A stretch of DNA of 64,000 bases from a virus, in IMG/VR virus record IMGVR_UViG_3300030616_000001, positions 1-64,000 of that record; one strand, 5' to 3'. The position numbers and the translations under genes are program-made. Each line of letters opens with the position of its first letter. The stretch's first letter is position 1. Of this stretch, positions 48,207 to 56,145 are shown in pieces. The notes under the pieces were generated by a model. The model was not told the DNA's origin. It worked only from the letters and a program-made list of their open reading frames with translations, and made no database searches.

Positions 48207-48689
48207 TTACTGCTCCACCCTGGCGCACCGGAGGAGCATCCGCACCGTGAACATCCGCACCTCGCCGGCGACGCCCACGTCGGTGGCGCCGCACTCCCCG
48301 GCGGTGACCACCCCGATCTTGATCGGCACCTTGGACGCGATGCACGGCCGCCCGCCCTCGGGACCGGGCAACTCGTTGGGGTATTCCAGCATGTCCGCCG
48401 CCGCACCGCCTAGCAGCATGTCGATCATCGACTTGGCCGCCACCTCGGGCATGCCCATCGCGGCCTCCACGGTTAGGTTGGCCTCGGCGATGAAGTCCCT
48501 GCCGTCCTCGAGCTCCGCGACGACGCCCATCCCCACGTCGCCGGCCACGTCCTGGTCGCCGTCGATGGGGTGGATCAGGTCCTCCATCGCGTAGCCGCTG
48601 CACTGCACGTCCACGGGGCACCAGTGGACCTCGCCGTCGAACACGTTGGCGCCGTCCACAAACTTCTTGAGTAGTTCCCTTGGCTCCAT
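48207..48689 (-). CDS. Hypothetical protein
   Basis: 160 aa, GGAGG RBS. Confidence 0.55.
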   Translation of the reverse strand: MEPRELLKKFVDGANVFDGEVHWCPVDVQCSGYAMEDLIHPIDGDQDVAGDVGMGVVAELEDGRDFIAEANLTVEAAMGMPEVAAKSMIDMLLGGAAADMLEYPNELPGPEGGRPCIASKVPIKIGVVTAGECGATDVGVAGEVRMFTVRMLLRCARVEQ

Positions 48690-48703
48690 CTCGGCCTCCT
48701 GCC

Positions 48704-49348
48704 CTATCGGGCGTGATCGGGCATCTTGCCCGTCGTCATGAACTCCACCACCTCGTCCTCGGTCCAGTCCCGGAACGGGTCGTCGCCGCGGTGCTCGTGG
48801 ATCTGGTCCGGTCCGCCCAGGAACCGCTCCATCAGCCGCGCCCCGCGCTCGTAGGTCGCCAGGGCCGACGCCAGCGACGCGCCGGTCTTGATCTTCTTGC
48901 CGTCGCTGTCCTGGTACTCCTTGACCCGCACCAGGATCTCCGCCTTGATCAGCCGCAACTCGGCCAGGCTCACCTGGATGATCTCGTCCAACTCCTCGGC
49001 CTGTTCCTCGTGGAACCTGATCAGGGACAGCTGCTTCCGCTCCTGCGCCTCGGCCTGGACGTCCAGGAACGCCTTCCGAATCGGCGCCATGCCCTCGTTC
49101 GGCCGCCCCGCACCGTCGATGTAGAATTTCGCCGTGGACCAGCCGACGCCCGCCGCCTTCGCCGCCTTCTCGATGTTCTGGTCCTTGAAGAACGCGTCCT
49201 GGAGCTTATTGAAGGTGGCGACGTTGATCCGCGGTGCCCGGACTTTCCCCGGCTTCTTCGGTGGCTTGCCCTGGCCGGGCGACTTGCCCCTACTAGCCTT
49301 TGCCGGCGGTTTGGCCGAACCACCACTGCCCTTGCCCTTCGCTGTCAT
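48704..49348 (-). CDS. Probable terminase small subunit
   Basis: Basic N-terminal tail, HTH (NIEKAAKAAGVGWSTAKFY), helical oligomerisation region and C-terminal DWTEDEV. Second gene of the packaging operon. Confidence 0.6.
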   Translation of the reverse strand: MTAKGKGSGGSAKPPAKASRGKSPGQGKPPKKPGKVRAPRINVATFNKLQDAFFKDQNIEKAAKAAGVGWSTAKFYIDGAGRPNEGMAPIRKAFLDVQAEAQERKQLSLIRFHEEQAEELDEIIQVSLAELRLIKAEILVRVKEYQDSDGKKIKTGASLASALATYERGARLMERFLGGPDQIHEHRGDDPFRDWTEDEVVEFMTTGKMPDHAR

Positions 49349-49551
49349 GAGCCGTGCTCCTGGAGGAGACGCCGGAGCGTCCCCTTGAACTGGGACCCGT
49401 CTTGACCATTGATCTTGTCAAGGGTGGCGCCCACCATCAACTCGGTCACGGTGACATCGAGCGCAGTCGCGGCGTTGCGGATCGCGGTCAGCTCCTCCGG
49501 TGTGAGTCGGAGGTTGACCTGGGCAGTGCGCCGTTTCTCGCGTATAGACAT
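49345..49551 (-). CDS. Ribbon-helix-helix DNA-binding protein
   Basis: RTAQVNLRLTPEELTAIRNAATALDVTVTELM. Start at ATG 49551, ATGA-coupled to the TerS candidate. Confidence 0.75.
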   Translation of the reverse strand: MSIREKRRTAQVNLRLTPEELTAIRNAATALDVTVTELMVGATLDKINGQDGSQFKGTLRRLLQEHGS

Positions 49552-49561
49552 CGTTGCCTCT

Positions 49562-49602
49562 GTATATACGGGATCGCGGCGGCGCCTGTCAAGTATATAT
49601 AC
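49562..49602 (-). promoter_or_regulatory. Promoter of the packaging/modification operon with GTATATAC palindromic boxes
   Basis: TTGACA(49592-49587)-N18-TATATA(49568-49563). Palindromes GTATATAC 49562-49569 and GTATATATAC 49593-49602 in a GC-rich background. Confidence 0.6.
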
Positions 49603-49610
49603 GCCTGGGA

Positions 49611-49847
49611 TTACTGAGGCCCGAAGTCGTCGCGCTGAAGGATCCGCACCTTGCCCTGGCAGAACATGGGGTGAGCGTTCTCCAGCATCGCGTCCGCCCA
49701 GGTGTAGCCGGGAGGTTCCCCGGGGTACTGGTGAGACTTCTCCTCGCGGAACGCGGCCAGTTCGGCGTCGGTGAGCTCGCGGCACTCGGTGCCGGCGGGG
49801 ATCGTGAACCCGTAGAAGCGCAGATCCCTGGTGAGTTGATGGGTCAT
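49611..49847 (-). CDS. Hypothetical protein
   Basis: 78 aa, ATGA-coupled. Confidence 0.5.
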   Translation of the reverse strand: MTHQLTRDLRFYGFTIPAGTECRELTDAELAAFREEKSHQYPGEPPGYTWADAMLENAHPMFCQGKVRILQRDDFGPQ

Positions 49848-50182
49848 CGGTCGCCTATCCTCTCCGGGCGCAGATTAACGGATTGCGCCACACAGCTGCG
49901 CCGACCACGGGGCGGATCCCCGAACCCTCCCAGGACCAGTGGGTTGATCAGGCGCATGTACCTCCCGTCCTCGTTGCGGATCTCCATGTCGGGCAGTCGC
50001 CGCCGCACCACGTCGGTCAGCGCGTAGAACAGGTCCCGGTCCCTGGTGCGGACGCACCGGATCGACACGTCCCCGGGGCGGGCCGTGAACCGCTCGCACT
50101 TGATCGTGGTGGTGTGGACCAGGGGCGGCGTGACCGTCCCAACCTCCTTGCCGTCGATCAGCAGCTGGCTCTTGTACGACAT
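49844..50182 (-). CDS. Hypothetical protein
   Basis: 112 aa, RBS GGAGGAG. Confidence 0.5.
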   Translation of the reverse strand: MSYKSQLLIDGKEVGTVTPPLVHTTTIKCERFTARPGDVSIRCVRTRDRDLFYALTDVVRRRLPDMEIRNEDGRYMRLINPLVLGGFGDPPRGRRSCVAQSVNLRPERIGDR

Positions 50183-50185
50183 CGC

Positions 50186-50464
50186 CTACTCCTCCACCGC
50201 CTCGACCCGGAGGCCGTTGAGCGCCATGTGGGTGAACCCGGCCGGGTCGTCGTGGGCCTTGTCGCCGGCGCCACGCAACAGGACCTTGACCACCCCGGGG
50301 ATCGGCTCGGGGAACCGGGTACGGAACCGCATCGTGCCGGCCTCGACACGCCGCACCTCGTCCCGGATCGCCTCGATGGGAACGGCCGTGCCGCCGCTGC
50401 CCTGGAGGTAGCCCACCGCCTCGGCGCCGGTGAGGACGTTGGTGAACTTGTACAGGTACGCCAT
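50186..50464 (-). CDS. Hypothetical protein
   Basis: Start set at ATG 50464 (TGATG overlap). Confidence 0.5.
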   Translation of the reverse strand: MAYLYKFTNVLTGAEAVGYLQGSGGTAVPIEAIRDEVRRVEAGTMRFRTRFPEPIPGVVKVLLRGAGDKAHDDPAGFTHMALNGLRVEAVEE

Positions 50465-51033
50465 CACCTGTCCTCCGTGGCGTCGTGGACCGGGTTCTGG
50501 CAGTCGTCGCACCTGTACCGTCCCGGCTCGAGTTCGGCGCCGCACGTGCAACGACTGGGTGGCGCGTCGTCCCGCTCGTGGGCGACGATGTGGCTCAGGG
50601 CCATCTCGGTCAGGACTTGGCCCAGGGAGATCCCGGTGGCCTCCGTGATCGTGCCCACCTCCGTGGCCAGGATCTCCAGGAGGTCGTCCTGGTTGAGCGG
50701 ATCGCTGCCCTGCTCAAGCTCCACCGTGGACTCGGTGATCATCGACACCCCTTCCTCGGGGGACTTGTTCCGCTCGAACTGGATCACGACGCGCCCCTTC
50801 TGGCGCTGCCGCTCCGGTGGCACCTGGACGAGGTCCACCGCGAACCGCATCGTCCACTCGTTCTCGCAGTGGCCGCAGTACACGTCGATCTCCCAGTACC
50901 CCTCCTCCGGGTTCGGTTCGCCGCACTCCACGTCGAACTGGTCGGCCAGTGTTGGTGTCGCCGCACCGCACCTGGGGCACTCCAGGATCTTCGGCAGGCC
51001 GAGCATCTTGTTGAGGTCCAAGTTGTTGCCCAT
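50464..51033 (-). CDS. Double Zn-ribbon protein
   Basis: CPRC...CGHC and CTC...CDDC. Confidence 0.6.
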   Translation of the reverse strand: MGNNLDLNKMLGLPKILECPRCGAATPTLADQFDVECGEPNPEEGYWEIDVYCGHCENEWTMRFAVDLVQVPPERQRQKGRVVIQFERNKSPEEGVSMITESTVELEQGSDPLNQDDLLEILATEVGTITEATGISLGQVLTEMALSHIVAHERDDAPPSRCTCGAELEPGRYRCDDCQNPVHDATEDR

Positions 51034-51049
51034 CGGATTACCCTTTCCT

Positions 51050-51232
51050 CTAAAACATCACCACGGTGACCACGGTGATGAACCCGGCGATCCCGGCGCC
51101 CAGGGCGAGCGAGATCAAGACCAGGCGCCTGTTCCAGCGCACGTTGCGCTCCACCGACCGCTTCCACTCCATCTCCGGCTCGTACCACGGGGACTCGTTC
51201 TGGCCGGGGTGTCGTGCGAACTTCATGGTCAC
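51050..51232 (-). CDS. Small membrane protein
   Basis: C-terminal hydrophobic helix LVLISLALGAGIAGFITVVTVVMF. Confidence 0.5.
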   Translation of the reverse strand: MTMKFARHPGQNESPWYEPEMEWKRSVERNVRWNRRLVLISLALGAGIAGFITVVTVVMF

Positions 51233-51528
51233 CCCCTTCTCTGCGGCACGATGCCCATCATGGACTCGACCGCGTCCTGTTCTTCTTGCGCCTCAATCCA
51301 CTGCTCCACGTCCGGGAGTTCGCGCTGTGCACGGTACAAGGCGTCGGCGGTCTGACGCATCAGGTCCAGCTTGGCCGCTCCCCGTCGGTAGAGGCTCGGA
51401 TCGAAGATCGGCGCGACCGTCTGGCTGCGCTGGATCGCGTTCAGGAAGCCCGCGAGATCCAGATCGCGCAACACCGCGGCGATGGCGGTGATCTTTGTCT
51501 GGGTCGCCGTATATTCGGAAGGATCCAT
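51229..51528 (-). CDS. Hypothetical protein
   Basis: 99 aa, coupled to its neighbours. Confidence 0.55.
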   Translation of the reverse strand: MDPSEYTATQTKITAIAAVLRDLDLAGFLNAIQRSQTVAPIFDPSLYRRGAAKLDLMRQTADALYRAQRELPDVEQWIEAQEEQDAVESMMGIVPQRRG

Positions 51529-51531
51529 CGG

Positions 51532-51774
51532 TCACCCCCTCCCTGTCAGAACCCGGTCCAGGCGTCGGGCCACGCGCAACATGCCCACGCCGATCCCGTG
51601 GGCGAAGATCGCCGGGACGGAACTGGGCTGCCGTTCCTGGAGTTGGACCATCGCCGTGCCCGGGACGACCGTGTCCAGGACGTTGACTTGGATTGTGAAC
51701 GGCAGGTCACCACGGTGCTGGTCCAGGAACTCCTCGACGGCCCGCTTCAAGTCGCTGTTGGTGATGATCCTCAC
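51532..51774 (-). CDS. Hypothetical protein
   Basis: 80 aa, GTGA overlap. Confidence 0.5.
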   Translation of the reverse strand: MRIITNSDLKRAVEEFLDQHRGDLPFTIQVNVLDTVVPGTAMVQLQERQPSSVPAIFAHGIGVGMLRVARRLDRVLTGRG

Positions 51775-52196
51775 GGCTCACCTCCTTGGCGCGTCTCCGC
51801 CGCGATCTGCTTGTACCGCTGGAGGAGGTGGTCAAGCTCGTTGACCTTGCCCCGGATCGCGTCCAGCGCCTTCTCGGTGGCCATGACTGGATCTGCGAAG
51901 ACCCGGTCCACCGGCCAGTTCACCACGTGGCCGAGATGGGTGGCCAGGCGCATCCCCTTGATCGGAGGGGACTCGCCGCCGCGCTCCGACGGGGGGTACT
52001 TGACCTCGGACAGGAACACGAGCCGCTGAACGCGGATCCGCTCGTTGTACACGGCGTCGTCGTGGCGCGACGTGATTCCGCACCACTCGGGCCACGGGTC
52101 CACGATCCACACCTCCTGGCCGAACTTGAACTGGGGAACTTTCTGTGCCTCTTCCATCCGCTTACCCTTTCTGCGCCTGGCTGCGGCGCGTTTCAA
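51771..52196 (-). CDS. Hypothetical protein (SH3-like start PQFKFGQEVW)
   Basis: Start is either TTG 52196 or ATG 52157. Confidence 0.5.
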   Translation of the reverse strand: MKRAAARRRKGKRMEEAQKVPQFKFGQEVWIVDPWPEWCGITSRHDDAVYNERIRVQRLVFLSEVKYPPSERGGESPPIKGMRLATHLGHVVNWPVDRVFADPVMATEKALDAIRGKVNELDHLLQRYKQIAAETRQGGEP

Positions 52197-52567
52197 ATCG
52201 ACAACTCCCCGTCGTCGGACACGGCCCGGCGCATATCGGGAAGTAGTTTCCTGTCCAGCGTCGCCCACAAGTGGCGACAGAACTCGTGGTGGTTGACGTG
52301 CTCGTCCTTTGGCGCGTGGATCTCCACCGCGGTCGCTTCCGCGCCGAACCAGTGCCGCTTGAGGTAGCAAAGCTCGTCGTAGGTCGGGAGGCGCCGAGGA
52401 TGGGACAGGGACACGTGGAGCCACCGCTCGCCCTCGATCTCGTCCACCGACGCCAGGACCCGCAGCTTCTTCTTGCGGTTGTACCAGGCGACGGCGTTGC
52501 CCCACGTGCCCACCACCTTCCAACCTGGCGGCTTGTCCCTCCAGCACTGGTCCTCGATCTTGGTCAC
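52193..52567 (-). CDS. Conserved phage protein with His-rich motif
   Basis: WLHVSLSHPRRLPTYDEL..LKRHWFG...HVNHHEFCRHLW, a motif widespread in phages. Confidence 0.7.
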   Translation of the reverse strand: MTKIEDQCWRDKPPGWKVVGTWGNAVAWYNRKKKLRVLASVDEIEGERWLHVSLSHPRRLPTYDELCYLKRHWFGAEATAVEIHAPKDEHVNHHEFCRHLWATLDRKLLPDMRRAVSDDGELSI

Positions 52568-53079
52568 TTCTCGCCCTCCGCCTCCGCGATGGCCCGCGCC
52601 GCCTCCTCGTGCGTCGCTCCCCAGTACAGAGGTTCACCACGCACCTTGGCGACGACGTGACCCGCGCCGATCACAGCCGGGAACGCGCCGAACCACACCA
52701 GCGATCCGATCCACGCGCCGACCTCGAGCGTACCGACTGCGGCGAACCCGATGAACACGATTAGGCCCAGGACCGCGCCGGCCAGGGCCATCGCCTCGTA
52801 CTGCTCCACGTGGACACCCTCGTGCCGCTCGGTGCGTGTGGTGTCCTGTCGCGTACCGAACGCCTCGGCGGTCAACACGCCGCCGTGCCCCAGGGTGACT
52901 CCAAGCCACACGCCCAGGTCGTGCCGCCGGTACTGTCGCCCCGGGAGGACGGCCCAGACCCCCATGTCCTGCCAGGCCAGCTTGCCGCGGGTCACGAGCG
53001 CGACCACCACGGCCGCGAGCCACACCAGCAGATCCCACGGCAGGGTCCACAGGTAGGTGAAGATTCTTGTCCATCTCAT
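52564..53079 (-). CDS. Membrane protein with HExxH (possible metallopeptidase)
   Basis: GVTLGH...RHEGVHVEQYE...HEEAA plus hydrophobic helices. Start at ATG 53079. Confidence 0.6.
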   Translation of the reverse strand: MRWTRIFTYLWTLPWDLLVWLAAVVVALVTRGKLAWQDMGVWAVLPGRQYRRHDLGVWLGVTLGHGGVLTAEAFGTRQDTTRTERHEGVHVEQYEAMALAGAVLGLIVFIGFAAVGTLEVGAWIGSLVWFGAFPAVIGAGHVVAKVRGEPLYWGATHEEAARAIAEAEGEK

Positions 53080-53095
53080 CGGAGAGTCCTTTCTG

Positions 53096-53503
53096 CTACT
53101 TGGCCCACGGGGAGTCCCCGGTGGGCCACGTCTTCGGAATCCAGATCCTTCCTTCCAGGACACCCCAACCTCCCAGGACGCGCTGTCCATGGCGCACCAG
53201 GGTTTCGCCCCAACCATCGTTCTCCTCCGCGACCGCGAACCCGGCCGGATCCTCCTCCAGGCAGCACGGCCCGGGCAGATCCCCGAACGTGCCATTCATC
53301 CCCACCATGTACCCGTCCTCGTCGGCCGTGTCGTACCGGTAGAAGTACGCGTACAGCCTGGCCAGGTAGCGAGCGCCGCACTTCCCGCACCGCAGTCGCT
53401 GAGCGCAACAATCGCACCCGGTGTGATCCTCGTCGTCCATGACCGGCCCCTTGTGGACCGTGCCCGCCGCCGCCGCCGCCTTGAGCTCGAGCGCGAGTTG
53501 CAT
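53096..53503 (-). CDS. Cys-rich hypothetical protein
   Basis: Start reassigned to ATG 53503 (TGATG overlap with the RMF-like ORF). CDCC...CGKC. Confidence 0.5.
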   Translation of the reverse strand: MQLALELKAAAAAGTVHKGPVMDDEDHTGCDCCAQRLRCGKCGARYLARLYAYFYRYDTADEDGYMVGMNGTFGDLPGPCCLEEDPAGFAVAEENDGWGETLVRHGQRVLGGWGVLEGRIWIPKTWPTGDSPWAK

Positions 53504-53682
53504 CACCTGCTCCACGCTGGGTTCCAGAACGCGTTCCAGCCGCGGTTCCACCACTGCCACTGGCTCCGCTCGTTCACCACGTGGTACGGATTACGCACCA
53601 TCGCCGGATCCCCGTCTGCCGCGCGGCACGCGTCCCGTCCCTCCCTGAATGCGCGTAGGTGCTGTTCTGTGGTCGGTTGCAT
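53503..53682 (-). CDS. 59-aa RMF/CrpP-fold-like protein (not in ORF track)
   Basis: Read by hand as MQPTTEQHLRAFREGRDACRAADGDPAMVRNPYHVVNERSQWQWWNRGWNAFWNPAWSR. GGAGGA RBS 8 nt upstream. Confidence 0.6.
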   Translation of the reverse strand: MQPTTEQHLRAFREGRDACRAADGDPAMVRNPYHVVNERSQWQWWNRGWNAFWNPAWSR

Positions 53683-54043
53683 CGATCATATCCTCCGTCT
53701 CGGCGAGCCGTTTCTGTGCCCGCCGCAATCTCGCCTTGACTCGTCGTTCCTCGCGCTTCAACTCCTGGACCTGGCCTTCGTACCGCCGCACCTCCTTGCG
53801 CGAGTAGTAGAGGTTGCGCTCCTTGTGGGCCAGTTCGAGCAGCACGGCGATCGGATCAAGCTCCACGTCACATTCGCCGCAGTAGCACCGCCGATCCTCC
53901 GCGCTCACCACGACCTGCAGGTGGTGGCACTTCTCCCGCTTATGGTACTCCCTGCGCAGCCACGGTTGCTCGGGCCTGTCGCGCCCTGGGTCGAACGGGA
54001 TCACGTTGTTCGGTTCGTCCGGTTTTGGTCCGTCGATCTTCAT
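53591..54043 (-). CDS. Zn-finger/coiled-coil protein
   Basis: CHH...CYCGEC...LDPIAVL followed by a coiled coil. Confidence 0.6.
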   Translation of the reverse strand: MKIDGPKPDEPNNVIPFDPGRDRPEQPWLRREYHKREKCHHLQVVVSAEDRRCYCGECDVELDPIAVLLELAHKERNLYYSRKEVRRYEGQVQELKREERRVKARLRRAQKRLAETEDMIDATDHRTAPTRIQGGTGRVPRGRRGSGDGA

Positions 54044-54429
54044 TCACCTCTCCTGGAGCACACCTCCACGACGCGCCGACACTGGTCCACGTCGAACATG
54101 CCGATGTGGCAGCGGTGTTCCTCGATTCCCAACGTGTCGGCGAGCCACCGATACCCAAGCCTGCGGGCGATCCCCTTCGAGTATCCGGTCGCCATCTTGG
54201 CCTTCCACAACACGTCGAACGCGTCGTGTGCCCGCCGCTTCCACTGGCGCAGTTCGGCGTCGGCGAGTCGGCCCAACGGTTCCCACTTGAGGGGTCCGGC
54301 CTTGTGGACACCGACCCAGGCCTGGCACGGGCGGCACAGATAGATCGGGCCGTAGCTGCGCCCGTCGTACACCTCGGCGCTATCGACAAGCTCGGCGTCG
54401 CCGCCGCAGTAGGGGCACGTCACGGTCAT
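54040..54429 (-). CDS. DUF3268-type zinc-finger protein
   Basis: CPYCG...YLCRPCQAWVGVH...PLGRLADAELR...AH..FD.LW...CHIGMF...C. Confidence 0.8.
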   Translation of the reverse strand: MTVTCPYCGGDAELVDSAEVYDGRSYGPIYLCRPCQAWVGVHKAGPLKWEPLGRLADAELRQWKRRAHDAFDVLWKAKMATGYSKGIARRLGYRWLADTLGIEEHRCHIGMFDVDQCRRVVEVCSRRGE

Positions 54430-55391
54430 GGCCTGTCCCTCCGTCGCCGCTCCCACTTGTCGATCCACCGCTTGGAGTCGTACTTCGCCGCCATCTCGGA
54501 CAGTTCGGCCTTCATGATCTTCTCGTCGTTGACCGCCTCGTCCCACAGGTCCTCGTCGCGCAGATCGATGATCTTGCGCTTCACCATGTCGGCGAGGACG
54601 CGCGGCTCCAGTGCGTCGAGCTCCCACGACTCGTCACCGTGCTTCTTGCGGTAGTCGGCGAACCTGCTGTCCGTGACCTTGGCCGGGTTCGGCGGCGGTC
54701 CGTAGTTGTTGATCTGGGTCATGGTGAGGGCGACGCGCCGCACGTCCACGTCGCGCACGTCCGTTGCCGCGAACATCCACAGCCGCTCCTGGACGTCCCG
54801 GTCCATGTCCAGGCCGGACGGGTCGTGATCGCCCAGGTAGAGCACCACCACCTTCTTCCCGTCCCGGATCGCGCCGTCGATCTCCTTGCCCTTGCGGTAC
54901 ATGAACGACTGGGACGCGTACCCCTTGTTGCTGGTGAACGGCACGTCCAAACCAAGGCACACCGGCACCAGCACGCCCTCGAGCGCCTGTTTTTCGCACA
55001 TGACCTCGACGTGGATCGGCTGGTCCTTCCACTTGTCGATTGTGAACCACCTCGATGCGGCGAACAGGATCCCCCCGGGGTGGGACCAGTGGGAATTGGC
55101 CTCGGTTTCGCGGCCGCGATCCACGATCACGTCCCAGTCCAGCAGACCAGCTAGCCGGGCGTCGTTCACAATGTTGCCAAGGCGGGTGTAGTTCTTCTGG
55201 CGGTTCTTCGTGCCCGTCTTCGGATCCGCCCACGACGCTGGGAACAGATCCCGCGCCACCAGTTGGTAGTACAGCTGCCGCAGCGTCAGGTCGTACCCCT
55301 CGGCCGCATACTCGTCCAGGATCTCCTCGCAGATTTCGATCACCGCCAACGTCTCGGGTCTGAACCCCTTCTCCTTGAAACGCTCCTTCAT
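54426..55391 (-). CDS. DNA topoisomerase VI subunit A / Spo11-like (WHD + TOPRIM) protein
   Basis: LTLRQLYYQL winged helix, EVMCEK, KGY, YLGDHDPSG, RVALT, WELDAL. Start at ATG 55391. Confidence 0.8.
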   Translation of the reverse strand: MKERFKEKGFRPETLAVIEICEEILDEYAAEGYDLTLRQLYYQLVARDLFPASWADPKTGTKNRQKNYTRLGNIVNDARLAGLLDWDVIVDRGRETEANSHWSHPGGILFAASRWFTIDKWKDQPIHVEVMCEKQALEGVLVPVCLGLDVPFTSNKGYASQSFMYRKGKEIDGAIRDGKKVVVLYLGDHDPSGLDMDRDVQERLWMFAATDVRDVDVRRVALTMTQINNYGPPPNPAKVTDSRFADYRKKHGDESWELDALEPRVLADMVKRKIIDLRDEDLWDEAVNDEKIMKAELSEMAAKYDSKRWIDKWERRRRDRP

Positions 55392-56137
55392 TGTGCCTCT
55401 CCCTGGGGCGCCCGTCCGCGCCCGCGTACCCTGGGTGGGTCCTTCTTCGGCCACAGGGTCCACGCCCTGCCGTCCCGCCGTGCCTCGATCCCGGGCACCA
55501 CGCCGCGCTCGATCAGGTTGATCATGCTCGACTTGGCCCCCTTGTCCGACGCGTAGTGGTGGTCCACCGCCGCGACGATCTCCTTGAGCGTGCATCCTGG
55601 GTGGGCCTCGACGTGTCGCCGCCACGCCTCGCACGTTCCCTTGAACGGCGTCCAGTACCGGTTGTGCGCGTTCCCGGCCTCGCCCCACTCCTTATGCTCC
55701 TCGCGCAGCGATGACCGGAGGTGGTCACCGACGCGCCGACGCAACCGTGCCCCCTCTGTTTCGGTGACCCGGATCCCTGCCTGGTACTCGCCGGCGATGT
55801 ACTTATGCGCCTCGTCGACACCGTACACGCCGATCCCCTGCTCGCGGCAGAAGTGCTTGAGAATGGAACGGCCGCGGACGCGGGACGAAGTCTTCTCGGT
55901 CGGAACGGCGACGTGGACGAGGTTGGCGTAGTTGGTCCAGAACCAGGCCTGCTCGAGGAGCGCCGCGGTGAACGACGTCTTGACCTCGATGACGCGCACC
56001 ACCGGTCCCTGGACGGCCACGATGTCCGCACGGTTGCCGCCACAGTTGACCTGCACCTCCTGGTACACGTCCCACCCCAGCTGCTGGAGGTACGTGACGA
56101 CAACGCCCGCGATGTGCTGTTCGCTGACATTGGCCAC
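55388..56137 (-). CDS. PD-(D/E)xK restriction-like nuclease with C-terminal HTH
   Basis: VYQEV...RADIVAV...VIEVKTS...LLEQA. GTG start at 56137 after AGGAGGAG. Confidence 0.75.
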   Translation of the reverse strand: MANVSEQHIAGVVVTYLQQLGWDVYQEVQVNCGGNRADIVAVQGPVVRVIEVKTSFTAALLEQAWFWTNYANLVHVAVPTEKTSSRVRGRSILKHFCREQGIGVYGVDEAHKYIAGEYQAGIRVTETEGARLRRRVGDHLRSSLREEHKEWGEAGNAHNRYWTPFKGTCEAWRRHVEAHPGCTLKEIVAAVDHHYASDKGAKSSMINLIERGVVPGIEARRDGRAWTLWPKKDPPRVRGRGRAPQGEAQ

Positions 56138-56145
56138 GTCTCCTC

